A stretch of 56,661 bases of DNA from Nanobdellota archaeon (GTDB taxonomy: Archaea > Nanobdellota > Nanobdellia > Woesearchaeales > SM23-78). The stretch is taken from positions 1-56,661 of the forward strand of contig JBBSWA010000002.1 in NCBI GenBank assembly GCA_038046485.1. Reading direction: 5' to 3'. Below are positions 16,735 to 23,724 of the stretch, piece by piece. The notes beneath the pieces are model-generated. The model worked only from the letters and a program-made list of their open reading frames with translations. It did no database searches and was not told the DNA's origin. The first letter of the stretch is position 1. Every line of letters begins with the position of its first letter. A program made the position numbers and the translations under genes.

Positions 16735-17468
16735 TTCATCCACACATTATTCGCCACTTCTTCAGGATCCATCTTCTTGATCTCGGCAATCTTCTGAATC
16801 GTTCCTAGAATGTTGGCCGATTCATTTCGCTCACCAGGATTGGGTGCTAAGTGCGGTGCATCGGTTTCTGTCAAGATCTGTCCCAAAGGAATAATCTCAG
16901 CCATGAACTGAAATTGGCTAGAACGAGTAATATTTGTAGGCAGGCTAAAGTACCATCCATTCTTGATCGCCCGCTGCACGAGTGCTTTCTTCCCAGAAAA
17001 GCAATGCAGGTCGACTTTCTTTGCTCCCAACTGTTCCAACAATTCAATCGTCTCCAACTCAGCTTTGCGGGTGTGCACAATCACTGGCTTATCTAATTTC
17101 TTGGCTAATTCAACAATCTTCGTCAAAGCCTTTTTCATGTCTTCCATTCGTTCGGGTTTCTCAAACGCGTCCAGCCCCACTTCGCCAAACGCAATAAACT
17201 CTTGCTTCGCAATCCACTCAAGTTCTTGGTCAAACTCAGCTTCCGTAACTTCTACGGTGTGGGTTGGATAATATCCAAGTACAGGTTTAAAGATCGGATA
17301 CTTCTTGCACAGTTCGAGCACGCGCCGGTTACTCTCAGGGTTTACTCCATTGAGTAAAATCGCCTTCACACCGGCGTCTTCTGCTCTCTTCAACACTTCT
17401 TCCCGGTCCTTATCAAACTCAGGAAAGTCCATATGGCAGTGCACGTCTACGAGGATCATCATATTCAC
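16713..17468 (-). CDS. tatD: TatD-family metal-dependent hydrolase
   Basis: N-terminal VDVHCHMDF (HxH metal site) and the later conserved His/Glu/Asp pattern (HTRKA, DLHCFSG, ETDAP). Confidence 0.85.
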   Translation of the reverse strand: MNMMILVDVHCHMDFPEFDKDREEVLKRAEDAGVKAILLNGVNPESNRRVLELCKKYPIFKPVLGYYPTHTVEVTEAEFDQELEWIAKQEFIAFGEVGLDAFEKPERMEDMKKALTKIVELAKKLDKPVIVHTRKAELETIELLEQLGAKKVDLHCFSGKKALVQRAIKNGWYFSLPTNITRSSQFQFMAEIIPLGQILTETDAPHLAPNPGERNESANILGTIQKIAEIKKMDPEEVANNVWMNYQRLFL

Positions 17469-18251
17469 CGCTTATTTAGTACATGGTCTCGTACGAGTTT
17501 GACCAGTTTTTGATGTAAAAATCCATTGCTCACAATGTGACCTCGGATGTCTCGGTCATAGCGTTGTTCTTTTCCGAACAAGTCCGTTACTTTTCCGCCG
17601 GCTTCTTCCACAATGACCTTGACAGCGGCAGTGTCGTGCGCTTCATAGTGGGGGAAAACTGTGGCCTCAAATTGCCCTGTCGCGACAAGCGCAGCCATAT
17701 GGGTGATGGATCCTAAATTGAGGAGGTGAACATTCTTGTTTTCTAGAGCATGATAAAGGGGGGGGGAGGTTGTACCTTGCGAGTCCCCACCCATCCATTC
17801 CGATAAGAGCATGTTCCAGTTCTTTTTTAGGTGAAACCCTTATTTTCTTTCCATTTAGGGTAGCTCCTTTTCCTTGTTCGGCAAAGAAGGTTTTCCTGTG
17901 GAAGGGATCATAGACAACCCCCACGATAGGTTTCCCATGATGGGTTAAGGCAAGGGAAAAGACAGAAACAGGAATTCCGTGGGAGTAAGGAATAGTGCCA
18001 TCAATGGGGTCGCATACCCAGACATAGTCAGAGGAGTTGGATAAATGGCTTTCTTCCTCTCCAAGTACATCATGCATAGGAAAACGCCTTTTGACATTTT
18101 CGATAACTAATCTGTTTATGTCTAAATCAGCTTTTGTAACTGGGCTATGATCTTGTTTGTAGCTGTTCTTTACTCGGGAAGAAAAATACCTAAGCATGAT
18201 GCGGCCTACTTTTTTGGCCAGGTTAATTGCAAAGGGTTTATAGTTAGGCAT
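17465..18251 (-). pseudogene. inositol monophosphatase/FBPase-family gene split by a frameshift in a C9 homopolymer
   Basis: ORF 17667..18251 carries the N-terminal IMPase motifs (LGEEES, WVCDPIDGT). ORF 17465..17812 carries the C-terminal part (GSITHMAALVATGQFEA, HDTAAVKVIVEEAGG). The frames meet at the G9 run 17758-17766 (C9 on the coding strand, PPP codons). The joined product would be ~258 aa. Confidence 0.75.
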
Positions 18252-18349
18252 GGCATTGTAGAACGAATAATCTTCTTAAAGCTATCGTCAGAAACTCAAT
18301 AACAGCAATACTTATAAGTACTTATAGCTTCCTATAGCTAATTATAGCC

Positions 18350-18577
18350 ATGAACCTCACGACCATCCAGCTCAGGCAGGATACCAAGAAGAAGTTAGAG
18401 CAGAAAAAGCTCCATCCAAGGGAGAGCTATGACGCAGTTATCCAGAGAGCGTTAGATACGGATAATATTCTTAGTTTAGAGGAAGCTTTTCGTCAGAGTG
18501 ACCAAGTAAAATTGAAAAGGAAATACTCAACAGAAGAAGTGATCGCATTGACGCATGCGCATAGAAAGAGACCATGA
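18350..18577 (+). CDS. VapB-like antitoxin
   Basis: 75-aa ORF with an ATGA start/stop overlap with the downstream PIN gene. N-terminal TIQLRQDTKKKLEQKK is consistent with a DNA-binding antitoxin. Confidence 0.6.
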   Translation: MNLTTIQLRQDTKKKLEQKKLHPRESYDAVIQRALDTDNILSLEEAFRQSDQVKLKRKYSTEEVIALTHAHRKRP

Positions 18578-18945
18578 AGCCTTTTTTAGATGCAAATGTG
18601 TTGGTTAAGGCTTTTTTTGACAATAACGAACAAGATAGTTGTAAAAAAGTATTATGTGAAGAGTTTATTACGAATATGGTTTGTTTGGCAGAAGCACAAG
18701 AAGCTCTGGCAACCATTCTAAAGAATCAGGAGCAAGCTGCTTCTTGGATGAAGTCGGTTTTTAAAGCAAATGGGGTTATTGTGGATGTGGATAAAAATAC
18801 CTTATTTGAGTCGTTTAAGTACTTGGACCATCTCACAATATGGGATGCAATTCATTATGCAACGGCATTATTAAATAATTGTTCTGAAATAGTTTCTTAC
18901 GATAAAGATTTTGATGGTCTTAAGATCAAGCGGATGGAGCCTTAG
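18574..18945 (+). CDS. vapC: PIN-domain toxin VapC
   Basis: 123 aa. N-terminal FLDANVLVKAFF (first acidic residue), a later DAIHYATA segment, and C-terminal SYDKDF typical of PIN. Confidence 0.75.
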   Translation: MKPFLDANVLVKAFFDNNEQDSCKKVLCEEFITNMVCLAEAQEALATILKNQEQAASWMKSVFKANGVIVDVDKNTLFESFKYLDHLTIWDAIHYATALLNNCSEIVSYDKDFDGLKIKRMEP

Positions 18946-19739
18946 CGTAAAAAGAAGTAATAAGCCCCTACAATTACAGCCAAAGAAACCACATTAATCA
19001 AAAACCCTTTCTTCAGTTGTTCTTTGTTATCAATGCCCATGAAATAAGCAATGACTGCAATGGATAAAAATCCTCCGAGGTGTGCAAAGTGTCCGATGCC
19101 ATCTTCAGCAGGGTTCAAGACCCCAATAACATCTAAGTAAATGGTGAGCCACCCGACGATCATCACAGGCAAAGGAATGAGCAGTTCATACGTCAGGTAA
19201 AACGGATTCAAAAGAACCGCGCTCGCAACAAGTCCCATGATCGCTCCAGAAGCGCCAAGTCCTCCTGTATTGTCCACAATAAGAAAGAGGTGAATCAAGC
19301 TGGAAAAAACGCCGGAGAGGATCAAGGCACAAAAATAGAGAATCCCCATTTTTAGGCTTCCAATGTTGCGTTCAACCACTCTTCCAAAGATGAAGAGTGC
19401 AAGCATGTTGCCAAACAAATGAGACAAACTGGCATGCAGAAATCCGGCCGTAATCAAGGTATACGCGTGAGGTCCAAGTAAGTCTTTGGGGTAGTTAATC
19501 AGGCTACTCAGCAAGGCATCGTTAAAGAAGAGACTAACAATATATAGGACAATGTTCAACAGAATCAAAGTGATCGTAAGCTTGGCTTCAAATAAAAAAT
19601 CAAACACATCAATAAAGGGTTTGAAGAGGTCTTTCCATTCTTTGCGTTTAAAGAAAACTTGAATCAAGGTAATCGGAGTTAAGACCAAGTCAAGGATAAA
19701 CCTCCACAGGAATCTACTTTCGCTCTCAATTGGGGCCAT
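18942..19739 (-). CDS. rhomboid-family intramembrane serine protease
   Basis: HASLSHLFGNM (HxxxN), catalytic GASGAIMG, and FAHLGGF histidine motif on a multi-TM scaffold. Confidence 0.85.
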   Translation of the reverse strand: MAPIESESRFLWRFILDLVLTPITLIQVFFKRKEWKDLFKPFIDVFDFLFEAKLTITLILLNIVLYIVSLFFNDALLSSLINYPKDLLGPHAYTLITAGFLHASLSHLFGNMLALFIFGRVVERNIGSLKMGILYFCALILSGVFSSLIHLFLIVDNTGGLGASGAIMGLVASAVLLNPFYLTYELLIPLPVMIVGWLTIYLDVIGVLNPAEDGIGHFAHLGGFLSIAVIAYFMGIDNKEQLKKGFLINVVSLAVIVGAYYFFLR

Positions 19740-19782
19740 TCAACATCTAGACATAAAGGAGTATAAAAAGCTTAAGAATTAT

Positions 19783-19960
19783 ATTTGTTTAGCATCCTCA
19801 GGTCGAAATCCATTTAACATGCTATCACAATGCGTTGCGAGGGGTTGTGCTCAGAAACGAAGTTTCTGGCACGCCAGAAATCTTATGATTTCTGTGTGCA
19901 CCCTTCGGGAACGCAGCATCTATAACCGAACTTCAAGGATTTCGAAGATGCTAAACAAAT
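19783..19960 (+). repeat. long-hairpin element, copy 2 (with a 53-nt internal insertion)
   Basis: Arms ATTTGTTTAGCATC / GATGCTAAACAAAT, bulge CTCAGG, second helix TCGAAATCC / GGATTTCGA. The core GAGGGGTTG ... CCCTTCGGGAACGCAGC is interrupted at 19848-19900 by two CAGAAA-type hairpins. TAAGAAT lies on both flanks (19773-19779, 19963-19969). Confidence 0.8.
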
Positions 19961-19970
19961 GCTAAGAATC

Positions 19971-20351
19971 TCATTTCTCTGTAAACTTTCTAAACGTCTC
20001 GGCAATGTCAATCACGTATTTGCCTTCATCGAGTTTGACAATAAGAGGTGTTTTTTTCTTAAACAGATTAACCAAGTCAATCTCGTATTTGCCCGGTTCC
20101 GTAATGTTAATGGCTTCAAGATCTAAGATCACGGGCAGGCCTTCTTGGTACCCATCGCCGATGATTTCAAGAACATCCTCTTCAATTTGGTTTTTTTGCT
20201 CTTCGCTTAAATCCTGCAATGGAGGGGATAAGCCAGGCATTTTTTCTTTGCGGATGAAAAAGAACATACGATTTCCACAAACGCAGCCTTTGACGACTTC
20301 GCTGCCAGCTTCTCCGTACAGGTGTCCGCATTTGACGCATTGGTGGGGCAT
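19971..20351 (-). CDS. archaeal Zn-ribbon protein (DUF2072-like)
   Basis: N-terminal MPHQCVKCGHLY...KGCVCGNRMFFF is a CxxC...CxC zinc ribbon. It is the third gene of a GTPase / DUF2073-like / Zn-ribbon trio. Confidence 0.65.
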   Translation of the reverse strand: MPHQCVKCGHLYGEAGSEVVKGCVCGNRMFFFIRKEKMPGLSPPLQDLSEEQKNQIEEDVLEIIGDGYQEGLPVILDLEAINITEPGKYEIDLVNLFKKKTPLIVKLDEGKYVIDIAETFRKFTEK

Positions 20352-20353
20352 GG

Positions 20354-20731
20354 TTATCTCTTTTTGTGTTCATTCGTAAGCAATTGGATCTTATGAGGGT
20401 CTCTTTTGATTTCTTTTATAACATTTGCGGGGCCAATCACAGTAAATCCTTCACGGTTTCCCAATAACAGGTGAACTAATGTGTGACGTATTTTTTGCAA
20501 AAGCGCCTCGTTTTCAGGATGGGCTTCGAGGTAGCTGAGTTCAATGCCTTTAAACTTGTGGTTGATTCCTTCAAGGGTTTGTTCAAGGAGCGCAGTTTCT
20601 TCTTCAGTCTCAAGTTTTCCTTCGAGAAGAACAATCTTGTCTTGTTTGACAATGTCTAAGAGGTGGTGGATGCGTAAAGAAGTCTCTAAGGGTTCAACTT
20701 CAGAATAGGGAATAAATTGAAGAGTGAGCAT
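20354..20731 (-). CDS. conserved archaeal protein (DUF2073-like)
   Basis: 125 aa. LQFIPYSEVEPL...IVKQDKIVLLEGKLETEEETALLEQT resembles the family that accompanies the GTPase and Zn-ribbon genes in archaea. This rests on my recollection of the family, not a search. Confidence 0.55.
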   Translation of the reverse strand: MLTLQFIPYSEVEPLETSLRIHHLLDIVKQDKIVLLEGKLETEEETALLEQTLEGINHKFKGIELSYLEAHPENEALLQKIRHTLVHLLLGNREGFTVIGPANVIKEIKRDPHKIQLLTNEHKKR

Positions 20732-20733
20732 GG

Positions 20734-21363
20734 TTAAGAGGCAACCTCAAAAAGGGCTTTGTAGAGTTCGTCCATGTTTTTGCCGGTTTTTGCACTAATT
20801 CCAATGACATTGTATTGAGGAAAAGCCGTCTGAATTTTGCGCAGCTTGCTTTTTTTAAGATCGATTTTATTGGCAACAATAATCATGGGGATTTTTCTTG
20901 CTTCTAGGTTTCCAATTAAGGTGATATTCACTTGGCTGTAAGGGTCTAGTGTGCTGTCCATGACAACAATAACGGCATCCATATGGTCAAGCCATTTGAT
21001 GCTCTCGATGATGCCCTTGGTGGCTTCTTTTGCGCGTTGTTTGGCGTCTTTGGCTTTGATGCCATAGCGTAAAAAATCTTCATAATCGATGCGGGTCGCA
21101 ATACCTGGGGTGTCAGCAAGGTTCACACTGAGTTCCTTGCCTTCATAGGTAATGGTGATCTCTTCTTTGATTTGGATTTCGCGCGTTTCATGAGCGATGT
21201 TGCTCACAATCCCCAGTTCCTCGCCTGTCCAGTCTTTGCAAATGCGGTTCGCAAGGGTCGTCTTTCCTCCATTGGGAGGTCCATAAATGCCTAGTTTGAT
21301 GTGCCGTCGGCGTAAGAAGAGTTTTTTCAAAAAGCCATGGACTTGGCCAAAAAATGAGCTCAT
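20734..21363 (-). CDS. small GTP-binding protein
   Basis: G1 GPPNGGKTT, G3 DTPG, G4 NKID. 209 aa. Confidence 0.8.
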   Translation of the reverse strand: MSSFFGQVHGFLKKLFLRRRHIKLGIYGPPNGGKTTLANRICKDWTGEELGIVSNIAHETREIQIKEEITITYEGKELSVNLADTPGIATRIDYEDFLRYGIKAKDAKQRAKEATKGIIESIKWLDHMDAVIVVMDSTLDPYSQVNITLIGNLEARKIPMIIVANKIDLKKSKLRKIQTAFPQYNVIGISAKTGKNMDELYKALFEVAS

Positions 21364-21421
21364 AGAAGAGAGAAACCTAGTTTTGTGTATTTAAACGTTC
21401 CGAATTTCACAGAGTTTAGGT

Positions 21422-21829
21422 TTATCCGATGAAGGTAAGGTTAATCAGAGTGCCGACATTGGTGATCAAGTTTTTCCCTTGGGTGGGTTGTCCAAAGATA
21501 GGTTGGTTGAGGAAGTAAATAAACTGATTTTCTTTATAGGTTAAGACAAGGTCTTCTTGATCTTGCAGGGTGACGCTGTAGTTAAATCCGGCTAAGCTAT
21601 ACGGGAGTTCAAAGGTGCGTGAGTAGCCATCTCCAACAGTTTCGGCAAGGTCAGCTTCAGTAATGATGATGTCGGCGATTTCTTGCATCTTGGCCTGGTC
21701 ATTGAGGGTGATGACTTGGCCGGTGCGGGTGTGGAGCAATGCAGCAAATAAGGCCAAAATAAGAAACATAAACCCAACAAGGGTGATGAATTCAATCGTC
21801 GCCTGAGCCTGATTATATTTGTTTAGCAT
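21422..21829 (-). CDS. archaeal type IV pilin-like protein (class III signal peptide)
   Basis: The track ORF extends to 22012 through a repeat. Plausible start is ATG 21829-21827: MLNKYNQA/QATIEFITLVGFMFLILALFAAL (short leader, Q..IEF, hydrophobic helix). The ATG lies inside the left arm of hairpin element copy 3. Confidence 0.65.
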   Translation of the reverse strand: MLNKYNQAQATIEFITLVGFMFLILALFAALLHTRTGQVITLNDQAKMQEIADIIITEADLAETVGDGYSRTFELPYSLAGFNYSVTLQDQEDLVLTYKENQFIYFLNQPIFGQPTQGKNLITNVGTLINLTFIG

Positions 21830-21942
21830 CCTAAGGTGAAAACTCCTCCGATTAAGGTTTACGTTCGTTGTGGGGGTTGGCCCCTGCGGGGAAACAGAAC
21901 TTTGGAGAGAAACAGAAAGAGTTTTCAAGATGCTAAACAAAT
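21817..21942 (+). repeat. long-hairpin element, copy 3
   Basis: Arms ATTTGTTTAGCATC / GATGCTAAACAAAT, bulge CTAAGG, second helix TGAAAACTC / GAGTTTTCA, core GGGGTTGGCCCCTGCGGGG. Confidence 0.8.
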
Positions 21943-22018
21943 ACGTCTTATTTTTTAGTGCTCGAGCTCCAAAACAGAAATTTTGTGTTGTTTGAGCTCG
22001 AGAAGGGTTCATGGGGAG

Positions 22019-22444
22019 TTAGGTTTCAGCAAGGTAAACACTGTTTCCTTGACTGATGATCTTGATTTTAAAGGTTCCGGAATGAAAGCTGTTGCTGATA
22101 TTGGGGGTATACGGGGTTTGCAGGGGAATATCAGTAAAAAAGATGGCTTCACTCAGGCCCTTGTTGGTCTCAAAGGCGACGACAATTTCATTGTCACTGT
22201 TGACATAAAATTCCTTGCTGTTGGAGGGAAAATTAACTTCAAGGGTTGTCCAGCTATTTTTACCAAGGCTGTAGACGGCAATGATGTTGTTAATTAAGTC
22301 GCTGCCAATGCGGATGACTTGGCTGCTGGCAATTTGGTCAGTGGTTTGTCTTGCGCGCTCAAAGAGTAGAAGGCCTGCAGGGACCATAATCACTAAGATC
22401 ACGCCTAAGATCACTAGGTATTCAACAGAGACTTGGCCACGCAA
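22019..22444 (-). CDS. archaeal type IV pilin-like protein (class III signal peptide)
   Basis: TTG start preceded by GAGGTGA 7 nt upstream. (M)RGQVSVEYLVILGVILVIMVPAGLLLF is the canonical RGQ.S.EYL prepilin N-terminus. Confidence 0.75.
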   Translation of the reverse strand: MRGQVSVEYLVILGVILVIMVPAGLLLFERARQTTDQIASSQVIRIGSDLINNIIAVYSLGKNSWTTLEVNFPSNSKEFYVNSDNEIVVAFETNKGLSEAIFFTDIPLQTPYTPNISNSFHSGTFKIKIISQGNSVYLAET

Positions 22445-22487
22445 AACAGTTCACCTCTTAGTGATCTTAAGGAAGAAGTGCTTATAT

Positions 22488-22707
22488 AAAGATTTGGATT
22501 CAAACGTTCATAGGGAAAGAATCGGTTTTGTAGAAAGTGAGGTCTTGCCGCCTTATTGTGAGCATCCGTATATTGAATAGCTAAGCGCCAAGGGGGATCG
22601 CCCCATCTGGGGAGGGGCGCTTATCTAGTAAAAGGTTAAGATGCGAACGGGCTGCAAGACCAAGCGATAGCGAAACTTTCTACAAAGCCGAAAGAATCAA
22701 AATCTTT
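22488..22707 (+). ncRNA. ~220-nt extended hairpin, candidate structured RNA related to the hairpin-element family
   Basis: Nested complementary segments: AAAGATTTGGATTC/GAATCAAAATCTTT, CGGTTTTGTAGAAAGT/ACTTTCTACAAAGCCG (one T-G on the + strand), GGTCTTGC/GCAAGACC, GCATC/GATGC, TAGCTAAGCGCC/GGCGCTTATCTA. Apical core GGGGGATCGCCCCATCTGGGG. No ORF. Confidence 0.5.
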
Positions 22708-22734
22708 ATTAACCCTCTCGAGAAACCAAGCTCT

Positions 22735-23724
22735 ATGAAGATGTCTCGACGGGAGCGCCGTTTGCAGAGTCGTACAGAGCGCTTGGATAAGCTGCGTAAA
22801 GAGGTACATAAAGCCTATGTGGCTAAAGAGAGACACACACCAAAAGAGATCCAGTATAAAGGTCTTCTTAAGTTAATGCGTGATCATTACAAGCCCCTCA
22901 TGATAATTCCCTTGGCCATGTTAGTGTTCTCACTGGTCGTGATTTTAATGACGTATAGCGAAACAGGCTCTTTGATGTATAAAGGAGTTTCATTGCAAGG
23001 GGGTATTTCATTGACCATTCCGATGAAGGAGCAGGTGGATGTTCCGGCCTTGGAGTCTTTTTTGAGGACTCGCTTACCACAAAGTGATCTGGACATTCGC
23101 ATTCTTTCAGAAGCAGGGAAGCAAAAGGGTTTGCTTATAGATGCTTCGAATGTGAAAGAGGATATCTTCCTAGGGGCACTAAGAGAACGTATGACCTTAG
23201 GAGATTTTTCGATTGAAACCTTGGGTCCGTCCTTAGGTGATGCATTTTTTACACAGGCCTTGTGGGCCTTGGCAATTGCTTTTGCTTTGATGAGTCTGGT
23301 GGTATTCCTTTATTTTAGAACCTTGGTGCCTTCAGCGGCAGTGATTATAGCAGCGGTTTGTGATATGTTGTTTGCCTTAGCAGGAGTTAATCTCTTGGGA
23401 TTGAGGCTAAGTACAGCGGGTTTGGCTGCTTTTTTGATGTTGATTGGTTATTCAGTAGATACAGACATTTTGTTGACGGCTCGTGTGATGAAGAGTAAGG
23501 AAGGTTCTGTGTTCGACCGAGTAGTAAGCGCATTGAAGACAGGTTTCTTAATGAACATCGTGGCCTTGGCCACAACAATTGTAACTTTGATTTTCACGCA
23601 GTCACCGGTAATCATGCAGATCATGTGGGTGTTGCTCTTCGGGTTGATTGCGGACATCATCAATACATGGATTCAGAATGCAGGCATATTACGATATTAT
23701 TTAGAAAAAAAGGGTGTTCAGTAA
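22735..23724 (+). CDS. secF: protein-export membrane protein SecF
   Basis: C-terminal six-TM region with the SecF-type pattern (VVFLYFRT, LIGYSVDTDILL). Immediately followed by secD. Confidence 0.8.
   Translation: MKMSRRERRLQSRTERLDKLRKEVHKAYVAKERHTPKEIQYKGLLKLMRDHYKPLMIIPLAMLVFSLVVILMTYSETGSLMYKGVSLQGGISLTIPMKEQVDVPALESFLRTRLPQSDLDIRILSEAGKQKGLLIDASNVKEDIFLGALRERMTLGDFSIETLGPSLGDAFFTQALWALAIAFALMSLVVFLYFRTLVPSAAVIIAAVCDMLFALAGVNLLGLRLSTAGLAAFLMLIGYSVDTDILLTARVMKSKEGSVFDRVVSALKTGFLMNIVALATTIVTLIFTQSPVIMQIMWVLLFGLIADIINTWIQNAGILRYYLEKKGVQ

Noticed and set aside
21830-22012. N-terminal 61 codons of track ORF 21422..22012
   Set aside because: These codons read through hairpin element copy 3 and a terminator-like hairpin. 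The product only looks like a pilin from MLNKYNQAQATIEF onward. I noted that the frame stays open, but it was not called as coding.
22488-22707. SRP (7S) RNA or RNase P RNA identity for the 220-nt rod
   Set aside because: It lacks the helix 8 GNAR tetraloop and AGCA/GGAA-type loop signatures of SRP RNA, and it lacks the CR-I/CR-V motifs of RNase P RNA. It is treated as an unknown structured element.
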